A stretch of 64,000 bases of DNA from Nitrospirales bacterium (GTDB lineage Bacteria; Nitrospirota; Nitrospiria; Nitrospirales; UBA8639): the NCBI GenBank assembly GCA_965203295.1, contig CBDBCZ010000011.1, positions 384,001 through 448,000 on the forward strand, in the 5' to 3' direction. Below the pieces are notes generated by a model. The model ran no database searches, was not told the origin of the DNA, and was given only the letters and a program-made list of their open reading frames with translations. The translations under genes were made by a program, and so were the position numbers. Positions 12,960 to 24,543 of this stretch are shown here, piece after piece (the stretch's first letter is position 1; each line of letters opens with the position of its first letter).

Positions 12960-15900
12960 ATGGCTTCTGTTTCAGAACTACGGCCTCCAGACCTCTGCAG
13001 GCGAACAGTTGCTACCCTCGTGCGGGAGCTATTCCCCTTTGAGAAGGTATTTAATAAAATCTCGCGAGTTCGAAGTACGTATCAATGTGTAGCACTGGAT
13101 CTTACATGTTGGAGTTTATTGGCTTGCATATTTTGATTGTCATGGGAATAACGGGCTAGAACTATTTACCCAATGTTTTGAAATAATTGGGGAAGTGTTT
13201 TTGCCCGATGGGCTATTCCGTTTAATAAGGGGGCATTCACAAACCTAAAGTGTAACAGTTAGCGTCATTGTGATGCTAAGGGGGGGAGGGGACAGCGCCC
13301 ATGACGCTAAGTACACATTCGGTGTGCACGGTTTCATCTAGAAGCTTTGTAATCTCACTCCACATAATTATGCAGTGACTAGTTTTGTCTAATACTGCAC
13401 CAGGAACGGTTATTTCGTTTTCACGATAATATATATATCATTCTCCTGTAGCAGTGTCTAAAGGCACGCTACATATTTAGCAGGCAGCTCCCCCTGGACA
13501 GTTAATCACATGTGACTTAGGTCCCCCCGACACAATTATATAGTGGTCCTGCCCTCCCCCCAGCCCCCTGTGCATAATTATTGCTCATCCACAGGGAGTG
13601 TTGGCTTATGGAATAGCCCAATAGGCAATGGGGTAGTATAGTCTCGCAAAGCCGTACCTCCGCTAGTGTGAGGGTATGGCTTTGCGAGACTAGGACAAAT
13701 AGGAACTCGCCCAAATTATAAACTATTGGGAACAACAGTCCATTTTACAGTGAAAAGTGCAGTCCTTTACCCGTGAAGACTGGTCGGTACTATATAGTGT
13801 AAGCAGAACATGGAGCACTGTTAGTGTTAGTTACCAACTGGCATGCGCAGAGTATGCCTCGTGCGGAAGAATATCTGGAGATATGCAAGTCGATTTTTGG
13901 TGTAGCTTGCTGTATAGCTAGTTGCTGTGGCGTGTGCGATGATGGCGAAGCGTCCTTGCCCTTTGCACGAGTTTGAGGATGTCAGCGAGGTCTCCTAGCG
14001 CCAAAATACATGGGGTGGTCTTACCTGGTACCGCTCCCTTCTCCCTGTAGACATCGTCTCTTCCGCAACCTGTCGTCTTCTCTCTCCTTTGCCTTCGTGT
14101 CTTGATCTTCTGAAGCGGTGGCTCTTTGCTTTCGCTTTTGCACTCTAGCGCGATCACGTTTGGATTCCTCCTTATCTAAGCTCCATCGAACGCGAACGAA
14201 GAGGCTACGTAAGCACGTGGCCGTGGCCTGGAAAGACCGCAGTATGGGGACCGGACCAGATGACAGAAACCACGCCCAAGTGTGACGGATATACATACAT
14301 ACATACAAACGCAAGCCGAATGCGATACACGATTACTTGCCTCGCACTAAGGCACTCGGTAATAATGATAATAACAGTATAGTGTTCCTTCTGAGCTTGT
14401 GCAAACAATACATGAACAGAATCAGTCAATGTATCATGGAGTATGGTAGTACTCCATATGTAGGGGTGGCACCAAAAAAACATGAATAGGATCAGTCAGT
14501 GTATGAATATTGTAGGATCAGTCACTATACCACAAGTACTATGTAGACAACACATGGCTCTATTGTGCCTAGAAAGGCACTTACTTGGGAAAAGAAAAAT
14601 ACTGAGCCTTGATGTGGTTTCTGAATATAGTTCTTTGATCAGCGCACTGTACCTCAGTAATCATCCGTCATATTTCTCCAGGTGTGTAACGTCTTATAGT
14701 TATTATGATACTACTTTGAAAATAGTATTATGGTTTTGCTGATTACTTTACTCTCTTTGCAGGTGGAAGAGGGATCTGTGAAGCAATTTCCCAGCTACGA
14801 TGACAGAAATTACTATTTTCAGGGTACTTTAGGTGATGAGTTCGTGCCCGGAAGTAGCAAAGGTACCAAAGACCAGCCAAACAAGGATGGTCTGGAGGAG
14901 TTTGTGCTGAAGATAAATTCGATGTTGTATCCTCGTGATCTTGTCGATGGCCTGAACTGCATGATGAGTCACCTGAGAGGCAAGGGCATCCAATGTCCCT
15001 ATCCGCTGACGAGCAGGAACGGAAGGCAGTTAGAAATGTGCAGTGAGAGTCGGCTGTCGAAGTGTGAAACAAATGACAAGGAGAAGGAGTATTGCGTTCG
15101 TGTCCTTTTCTTCATTCGTGGAGATGTGTTGGACAAGATCGATAAAGTACATATCACCCCAGGGCTTGTGTATGAGACCGGGAAGTACGTTGGGAGTCTT
15201 GATGCTGCACTTCAGGTGGGTTGTGTCTATAGTAGCACATTGGACATAGTTTATTGTACCTCATCTGTTTAGACTGGGTAAGAAGCAGAGATGAGTGAAA
15301 GCCTGTTGTATGCAAAGATTACATTGAACACACAACATACCATATCCTTTATGTGTAAGCGCCGTTTAGTGAATTTGCTAAATTATCAACATGCAAGAAT
15401 TATTGGGTGAGCGTGAGCGACTAGTGTATTCAATGGAGAATTTGTCTGTGCGTACGGTGTACGTACGTACGTACGTACGCACATACCGCATATCGCTTTG
15501 CGTTTCAATATAACGTTTCAAATAGTTTCCGTAATATTTCAAATTGTTCACGTGGCCACGGTGGCTGCAGTGCAGCTAGCTTAGGGATGCTCTCACAGAG
15601 TAGACGGCAGCGGCAAAGGCTACAGCGTTGCCGTATATATCCCCAGGTTGGCGATAAGTCACATTGGAACAGCAGAGAGCGAGTTCTAGACCCAGAAGAG
15701 TTGTCATTTCTCCAGGCCACCGACAGTGACACTGAGATGAGAGAAGGAGCCAAAAGAGCTGCTGAGGGTGCGTCGCCGCTAACGTATGCATGGGCTAATA
15801 CCTCGCTCACGCTCGCCCCACAATGCTTTGCATTCACCTAGTTAGTTACATGTGAGCAGCTGTGCGCACTGAGGTTTACTTCAGAATCTATTTATACCGT

Positions 15901-17429
15901 AGACTCGGGTTATTAAGCGCACCTTTTTTATAAGCGCACACCTTTTTATAAGCGCATACTTCCTTCTTGATTTTTGCTACTCGCTATTAAGCGCATGCGT
16001 GCGCCCGATTAAACTTTGAACTTTGAGCGCTCTCAGCACGAGATCGAGATCGTTACGTGCTATAGTATTGCCGAGTGTTTCACTGGAGAGTTTCACGATG
16101 GCTGCTGCTGCTGGTGCTTCTGTCCTTCCCCCGAACGGATCGGGAAAGGCTAAAAGGAAAAGCTATACAAGAGAGTTCAAGCTGACTGTTGTCAACCACT
16201 AGTACTATCGTGACAACAATTTGTACCAGACATCCAATCGTTGAACACGAAAACGATTTTGTACGCATGGTGCCTTCGAATGATGCTTTCGTGAATCAGG
16301 ATCGCGTCTTCCCCCCTTGCTGTGATAGTTAGCTAGCCATAGATCGAGATGCGGCAAGTGGGCGGGACTAATGGGCGGTGCTAGAAATCGCTCTTTTATA
16401 AGCGCACACTTTTTATTAAGCGCATATTTCCTTGCCGCTCAGACTTTTAAGTGCATGCGCTTAATAACCCGAGTCTACGGTATGCGTTATCGAATGCGCA
16501 TCGCATGCCTGTGACCCCCACGGTGTTATGCATTTACACGCGTATGCGCATAACAGTGCATATTATATTATCATTATATTGTATTTACGCATAATATCAT
16601 GACAAATCGCTCAATTTTAAACCCGCCAAATCCACTATGTCCAATCCACTAAATTTTTGTCACCTCAAAAATAATAGTCACCTTTAGGTAGATAGGGATT
16701 TAGAGTCTGCAAGGAAGGTGAATATAAGTCTATGCCAGTTACTAAGACTTGACTTATTAAATAACTGTATTACATTCATGTTATATTTACCTTCTTTAGG
16801 ATTTCCAACACCCTGCAATCTCAAGCCGGGAATTTCTAGATTGGGATCTCAAGCATTTTCTTACCCTAAAGAGGCTACTGCCGTACATTGACGACTTGAA
16901 GAAGCGAAATATGGCTGAAAGAGTGTTTAAAGATTTCAAGGAGCATGTGTCACCGAAGCTTTCATTGTTGAAACAGGGAGTAATTCATGGGGATGCCAAT
17001 GGTCTAAACATTGTTGTTAATAGAGAGAACAACAAGTACAAGGTAGCGGGCATCATCGACTTTGGTGACTGTGTGCAGTCGTGCTACATATTCGAACCTG
17101 CCATAATGCTTGCTTATGCAATGCTAGAGAGTGCACATCCACTGCAGCTCTCTTGTCCGATGCTCTCCGGCTATTTACAGGCTTTTCCCATGAGTGAAGA
17201 GGAGCTAGACTGCCTCTACTACTGTGTCCTTGCTCGACTCGTTCAAACGGCTACAATGGGCGAATACCTATTTCAGCAGGAGCCTTGGAATGCGTATTTC
17301 CTGACCACTCCTGCAAAGGCCTGGCGTGTAATGGAAGAGCTTCTTGCCACCCCGAAGGATGAAGTGGATAAAATGTGGACTGATGCAAGACAGAAGACTG
17401 CGGAGGACTTTCACTTTGAGAGTACCTAG
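12960..17429 (+). CDS. HYKK: Hydroxylysine kinase-like, copy 3, ~389 aa
   Basis: Exons 12960-13046, 14763-15215, 16800-17429, phase 0 with GT-AG. Motifs PSYDDRNY, HGDANGLN, GIIDFGD. Confidence 0.85.
13835..14366 (-). mobile_element. Probable Helentron/DINE-1-like non-autonomous element
   Basis: On the minus strand: ttattaccgagtgccttagtgcgaggca (5' inverted repeat), a (gtat)n microsatellite, and a distal gcacgaggca repeat. It is absent from the homologous intron of HYKK copy 4. Confidence 0.5.
15399..15842 (+). mobile_element. Helentron/DINE-1-like non-autonomous element
   Basis: Sub-terminal inverted repeats gggtgagcgtgagcga / tcgctcacgctcgcccc, (gtac)n microsatellite, 3' hairpin aatgc-ttt-gcatt, end ctagtt. 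Confidence 0.65.
15897..16480 (+). mobile_element. Internally deleted pogo-like DNA transposon (TA flanks) with a transposase N-terminal relic
   Basis: ta|ccgtagactcgggttattaagcgca ... tgcgcttaataacccgagtctacgg|ta. From ATG 16098 it reads MAAAAGASVLPPNGSGKAKRKSYTREFKLTVVNH*YYRDNNLYQTS, resembling the Brinker-type DNA-binding domain of pogo transposases. Confidence 0.75.
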
Positions 17430-17679
17430 TACATTGCGATGCACTTATCTCGGTATTGGTCCACATTACAGTAGCTATCCATAATATGTATCATTTTGTA
17501 AAATTATATATTTATATAATTATATCACTTTATGCCTGAAGAGATAATGAATAGATTTGTGTATTGATTAATACATGTAGTGGCCTGGTGCTAGAGTTGT
17601 AAGTGCATATGTATACAACAAGTTGCAGTACAGTGTGAGGTAGTTGGAGGCGCGCGCGATGCATAAAGAGTCACGTGAG

Positions 17680-18233
17680 ACTAGAAGTCTCTAGCAGAGA
17701 CATACCCCGCGGTGCATATTTCACAACTTGGACCTGGCAGGACTGCAGACTGGGCTGATGGAGTAGTTGGCAAAGTGTGCTGGCTGTGTATCCGCACGCA
17801 GAGTACGTACAGCGCTCGCGTGTATGCGTATATATCTGTATATCTTCTTATGGGAAGTGGTGGGCGTGACTGATTGCCAATATGAACACGTGACCAGAGT
17901 CCGTATATGCCCGGCCTCTATCGTATTCTAATAGTTGTGACCGTATTAAAACGGCAGAATGCACCGTTGTTAAATAAGAAAGAGCTGTAGATACAGCGAA
18001 TGGAACCGCTTTGGCGACTATCAGGTACACACCCGGACATTTTTTTTTTGATTTCAATGTTACTGTCGTGTTTAGCAATCGCTTAACCCTGTAAATCGCG
18101 AGATAGCCCGATTTTTGAGTGGACAGACACCGGACAGACAGACGGACGGACGGACGGACAGACAGACAGAACCAATTGCTTAACCCCGCCGCCGCCTACG
18201 CGCTGCGGGGTAAACGCGCCGCGGGGTAATAAA
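17680..18233 (-). mobile_element. Helentron/DINE-1-like non-autonomous element
   Basis: On the minus strand: tttattaccccgcgg 5' end, 5' hairpin, (gtct/gtcc)n microsatellite, 3' sub-terminal repeat ccgcggggta, hairpin gtctct-gct-agagac, end ctag. Confidence 0.7.
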
Positions 18234-20076
18234 TTATGGGCTCAACTCAGACGTAAGTCTAGCTGCTAGACCCTCCCTCTCCCCCCTAAACAAAAAAAGG
18301 ATCGAACTTTTCCCTTTTTCTCTGGGGAGATGGAGGTAGCAGCTAGGCTACTCGTACCCAGGTCTTCCCCGCACTCGCGATAATACGCCATGCGTATGCA
18401 TGACAGAAGGTCGGTCGTGACGTCACGGATTTCGCTTGGTAATATAGCTAGTCTCGCGCGGGCCAAGCGGAAGTGGGCTGGCCCGCGAGACTAAACTATT
18501 GGATGGCAAAAGATGGGTTGCGCCATAAAATAATATACCTCGCGCATGTGGTACTGTACGTACGTCTCTCCAGATCCAATGCCATGGCCATAGATTAATA
18601 ACCTACTACGTACCGGGATTGGAAACGGAATCACGTGAGCGCATAAACCCTGTACATTTTGGCGGTGCCCATCCGTGCAGCGCTCTATGGTACGCCGCCT
18701 GGAACGAGAGATAGATGCAGAAGCGGTCCACTGGTAGTTCTGAAGCGACACTTTGAAGATTTTATACATCCTATCAATACTGCACAGTCTAAGAGAGGTA
18801 TATTTCTACTTACAAGAATAATATTGTAAAATTTGGGTGCAAAAAACGGCATATTTTTTGTTCCATAGCAACCATTTTCTCATCCCGAATGTTTTGTGGG
18901 ACAGTTTCTCTTATACCATGACACTTCTTAGGACTGAAATTTCAGATTTAGTTTGTTAAAGTAATGAAGTTTTGCATGCTGGGTATAAAAGTTTAATCTT
19001 GCTTGTGGTATAAGGTGTGTATACAATATTTGTCTGTTAGTGGTGTTTCTTTTAGACAGTTTTTGTGGGACAGTTGTATGATTCACACTAACATTTAAGA
19101 ATAGAAACTGTGCTACTAGGCATGGCCAGGTATTGAAGCTTTGCATGCTGTGAATGAATAAGAGTACTGCTTCTCTTGTGAGGTGTGCCTTGGTAATACA
19201 TGCATGCCCCTCACAAGTTCCTGCTTAATCATTTTCTTGTAGGATTCTTTCGATACACATGTAGCTACCAATTAAATGCAGTCAATATTTGTCATAGGCA
19301 AGATGGCAAAGTTTTTTTTAGTTTGCAGCTGTCTTCTGCAGTCGGGAGCGTGCAGTTTGTCCTCTGTCTGGAATCAAGAAGCGTCCGCTCGTGGGGGGTT
19401 TCTACACTAGCCCTATAGTAATTCCAATCGGTGCCACAGCTGGTGTCCTTTATAGAGAGGTTGTCCGCTGGTGGGAGGGTCCGTTATGGGAGGTTCCACT
19501 GTCAATGGTAGAAGACGACAATTAATTTGAAGTAAGGCAGATAATGGTGAAGGTATTAGCCCAGGAAATGAAAACAGTAGGTGTAAAGAACTTCACTGTA
19601 CATACATGTACTTTATACTTACTCTGTTACAGTACATGTATACATGCTCAAAAATAATCTCCGGGGAGAACGTTAGCGGGACAACTCTACTCCAACACCT
19701 ACATGTATCCACATCGGTTTCCACTCTGTCAAGTATGACCATGGCATGATCATGAGAGCCATTGACTGTTGATGGTGTATTCTACATACACAGAGTAATT
19801 ATGAATCTACCAGCATTTATGTTATCATGTATAAACAGCTGTTTGAACACAGTGTAGCTACATGCATACAAGGTATTGATACAACACTTGCTGTTGCAGT
19901 TTGAATTGTCTGTGGTTGCAAAGATTGCTAGTAGCTTCTTCTGCCATAGCACTGATAACAGCTGAATACACGTTTCTATACGAGCGGCGCGCGCGCAACA
20001 CGGGGAGGGCGTTGCACGGATGGTGGCGTGAAATAATTGCGTTTCCAATCCCGGTTACGTAGTTATTATCTATGCC

Positions 20077-23000
20077 ATGGCTACTATTTCAGAACTACGG
20101 CCTCCAGACCTCTGCAGGCGAACAGTTGCTACCCTCGTGCGGGAGCTATTCCCCTTTGAGAAGGTATTTCAAGTAATAATCTCGCGTAGTTAGCCCAAAA
20201 ACTTGCACGAAGTGCGCATCAATGTAGCTACCACGAATCTTACGTGTTGGGCCCAATCGAGAGAATTCACGGGACAGTTTATAAAAGGGGCTAGTACTAT
20301 ATACTTGCCCAATGCTTATTAATTGTGTGAGTGTTGTTGTCCAAATTATCTACAGATGGAGCAAGTATGAACTCACCCAAATTATTAAAATAATAGTCTG
20401 CCTTTAATTAATGCAGTGAAAAGTGTAGTCCTTTTCCATGAAGACAGGACAGTACTGGATAGTGTATAAGGAGAGCTGTTAGTGATAGTTGCTGTTGGCT
20501 TAATCAACTCCACTGAGTATCTTACAAGCAGTACTAACAATATGGCATTGTTCTACAATGGAGAATAACGGTAGAGTGTTCCTTCTGTGTTTTCTCAAGC
20601 AATGCACGAATAGAAATGATTTACAGAATCACTCAATTTATGAATATATACTATTGAGACAGTCGCTTTGCCATAAGTACTACATACACAGCCAACTTTG
20701 CCCTAATCTAAGGTGGTAACATAGTGTATATAGACTGAGCCTTGATGTGGTTTCTGAATAGCCTCGTTCCCAGGCTCTAAAAAAAGCTGGGAAGTAGAGC
20801 CTGGGAACGAGGCTAGTTTCTGAATACATTGTGCACAATTATTATCAGTGCACTGTTCCTCTGTAATTAACTGAGCCTTGATGTGGCTTCTGAATACACT
20901 GTGCACAATTCTTTGATCAGTGCACTGTACCTCAGTCATTGTTCTCCAGGTGTATGACATCTTGGTAGTTATTAATCCTCAGCGAGCATGCGCAGCAAGG
21001 GTTACAGTACTCAGTTTGTGTGTTTGTGTGTGTATGTATCATGTTACCTTTCTAATAGAGAGTTTTCATTGACATCATTTTACGTCACGCGCATGTAGCA
21101 ACTGTTGCCAGGGCGCCATTTTGGTGGGCAGCAAACGTACATAGCCATACACATAAAGACCGGAAGTTACTCTCGTACTCGTAGTCTAGGTGGTAGATTC
21201 ACTCGATCTGTCCCGCCTGAAAACTGACTTACAGCGATAGTTGAGATACTGAACGCGTAAGTTCCCAGCGGCTCTTGATTCTGAGATCGCTGTATAACGT
21301 GCCAATCTAGTCGCCCACGCATGGTGGGCAAGAACGGGCATAAACGGAACGTGACACGGACGCACGTGATCTGTGACGACACGTGAAAACTCTCTATAGC
21401 AATCCCCTTAATGTACGGGTACAAAGTACGATATGAATTGGAAGCAAATGCGGTACTGAAGGTTTTTGATTCATGGATTATTATATGCTCACCACATTGA
21501 ACTTTGACAGTTTCAACGGCCAATAAATACATCACCAATATTTTTTAATGACTACTGGAGACTATTGGTAGGTTATAGCTGCTGTTTCTAATGCCGTCAT
21601 ATACAACAACTTAAAACTACTGCACTGGCTAGCTAACTCTGTGGGCGTGACACACCTCTCATGCATGATGTAGATACAATCCATTCATGCATTGACTGGA
21701 ACTGGAACGGTGAATCGCGGTTCCGTTCCGGTCCCATATCAAGTTATGATGACGTATGTATGTCCTCATGTTTTAGCTTGTGTCTGGTGCCCATGCATGA
21801 TAATAAAAGAGTGACATACAATATAATTTATTCACAGTATTATGCTATTGATACAAAAAAGAAGATACTATGGGATACGAAACCCATGCAATACAAACCG
21901 TAGGATTATACGGGTAACATTATCTCATTCTAGATGCCAAGTGTAGCGTAACTATTTAGTATTTCCATAGCTACTATCTATGGTATTTCATTATAATCAT
22001 GTCGAGGGTTATGCACTTCTGTGCTTTCACTACTGATAATTATGTGGTGTTGCCAATTATTTTCTCTCTTTGAAATCTTTGAAGGTGGAAGAGGGATCTG
22101 TGAAGCAATTCTCCAGCTACATGGACAGAAATTACTATTTTCAGGGTACTTTAGGTGATGAGTATGTGCCCGGAAGTAGCAAAGGTGTCCAGGCGAACAA
22201 GGGTGGTCTGGAGGAGTTTGTGTTGAAGATAAATTCAATGTTATATCCTCGTGATCTTGTCGATGGCCTGAACTGCATGATGAGTCACCTGAGAGGCAAG
22301 GGCATCCAATGTCCCTATCCGCTGACGAGCAGGAACGGAAGGCAGTTAGAAATATGCAGTGAGAGTCGGCTGTTGAAGCGTGAAACAAATGACAAGGAGA
22401 AGGAGTATTGCGTTCGTGTCTTCTTCTTCATTCGTGGAGAAATTTTCGACAAGATTGATAAAGTACACATCACCCCAGGGCTCGTGTATGAGACCGGAAA
22501 ATATGTCGGGAGTCTTGATGCCGCACTTCAGGTGGGTAGTCTATCATAGCACATGGGCCATAATAATATATTATGTAGCTCGGTGGTCTATAATACGGCC
22601 CTTGGGGCTTTGCCCCTCGTGCAGTACTATAGGTGACCTCTGGTATATCCCGTAATGCCTCAGAAGCCATGGGTTAACCTACAGTGCTTCAAACAAAAAG
22701 AGTAGATTGACCGATTTTTGACAATTTCTTTTTATATCTTCAATCAAGGATAACCTCAACTCAAACAAAGTTGATAGCAATGTCCAGTCACCTTTTTTTG
22801 ATTAACCACAAAAATTTTATTAAGTCTCGTGACACATAGCCAGAGTTATGGCTTCACATGTACAAGTGGATTCGAAAAAGACTCTAGAGTCGCCATTTTT
22901 CTAAACTTAGAAGTGAAGAGTTCTAACCTTCCTCAAATGTACTGATTTAAGTGTAGCAACTTGTGAAACCCTCATTGTCCCTTAACCTCATTGCCCTGTC

Positions 23001-23943
23001 GGAGCAGAGCTGCTGAAGCAGGTTTTGAGAGGCGTATACTTTAGAGCCGCTATTTCCACTAACCTAGAATTAAGGGCCAATTTTTCCATGAGCAGTTGGG
23101 CTTACCTGTATTGCTTCCCTACTCCTTAAGAACAGAAAAATAAAAAAATTTGAGAAACCATTACAAATCATTTCCCTGATGTTACATACTTAATTTGGAT
23201 ATAATAAAATGGTTGAAATCTCTAAACAAAAAAAATTCGGAATCTACTCTCTTTGTTTGGAGCACTGTATACATGTACATATTGCATTTAGGTATATTTA
23301 CCAATACTTTCAGGATTTCCAACACCCTGCTATTTCAAGCCGGGAGTGCCTAGATTGGGATCCCAAGCATTTCCTTACACGAAAAAAGCTCCTGCCGTAC
23401 ATTGACGACTTGAAAAAGCGAAATATGGCTGAAAAAGTGTTTAGAGATTTCGAGGAGCATGTGTTACCGAAGCTTTCACTACTGAAACATGGAGTAATTC
23501 ATGCGGATGCCAGTGGCCAAAACATTATTGTTCAAGAAGAGAACAGCAAGTACAAGGTGGCGGGCATCATCGACTTTGGTGAATGTGTACAGTCATGCTA
23601 CATATTCGAACCTGCCATAATGCTTGCTTACGCAATGCTAGAGAGTGCACATCCACTGCAGCTCTCTTGTCCGATGCTCTCCGGCTATTTACAGGCTTTT
23701 CCCATGAGTGAAGAGGAGCTGGACTGCCTCTACTACTGTGTTCTTGCTCGACTCGTTCAAACGGCTACAATGGGCGAATACCTATTTCAGCAGGAGCCTT
23801 GGAATGCGTATTTCCTGACCACTCCTGCAAAGGCCTGGCGTGTAATGGAAGAGCTTCTTGCCACCCCGAAGGATGAAGTGGATAAAATGTGGACTGATGC
23901 AAGACAGAAGACTGTGAAGGACTTTCACTTTGACCGTACCTAA
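20077..23943 (+). CDS. HYKK: Hydroxylysine kinase-like, copy 4, ~387 aa (closest paralog of copy 3; variant active-site motifs)
   Basis: Exons 20077-20163, 22085-22531, 23314-23943, phase 0 with GT-AG. Motifs SSYMDRNY, HADASGQN, GIIDFGE. Confidence 0.85.
20758..20815. repeat. Short hairpin interspersed repeat TAGCCTCGTTCCCAGGC...GCCTGGGAACGAGGCTA (one of many copies)
   Basis: Perfect terminal inverted repeats flanked by TA. Relatives at ~13638, 18448, 27064, 28746 and 54827. Confidence 0.75.
21055..21397. mobile_element. MITE-like element
   Basis: Terminal inverted repeats atagagagttttca ... tgaaaactctctat. Confidence 0.6.
22682..23267. mobile_element. Tc1/mariner-type MITE (TA flanks)
   Basis: ta|cagtgcttcaaacaaaaagagtagatt ... 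aatctactctctttgtttggagcactg|ta. Confidence 0.75.
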
Positions 23944-24543
23944 TATCTGAAATAGCTATATACAAGCGTATTGTACTGCATGCACTATAACTTTAATATA
24001 TATACACGTGTCCAGACTTTGCTTTTCCTTGAAGAGTTGAACTCTGGGTACAAGACATTCAATGTACATTACTTGTTACGCAGTGCGCACATGGCAACTA
24101 TGTAACATTGATGCTTGCCAAGTTCACTTCTGAATAGTACTTTTGCTCCAATAAAACCTGATCGCAATACTCTTGCTTTATAAAGCAAAGGCCATCGTTA
24201 CTATCACCACGGAGAATATGTATACCGTACCACTTTGGCAATGGGTAAATGTACATTACAATATGTTTCTCGTGGCCATGCATGTGAGGCTAATAAGCCC
24301 TCCTTTATATAATAGTGCAAGGTGATTGTAAATTAACATCTGGTAATAGCCTGAGCCTAATGTAATAGACATTCAGAGTTTTACCTGCTAATCCATATAC
24401 AGGAACTAATAATAGAAATAAAATGATCGAGTTCAAACATTATCTGCATGCAGTGTAGGTTGCCAATAAATATATATAGGGAGACCATGAATTTGAAGGA
24501 AGATTAGAGCTAGTCTATAAATGCATGACTGGAATGGATATTC

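Noticed and set aside
3691..23943. Bacterial aminoglycoside-resistance genes or recent horizontal transfer
   Set aside because: Conserved spliceosomal introns and HYKK-type motifs indicate a native animal gene family.
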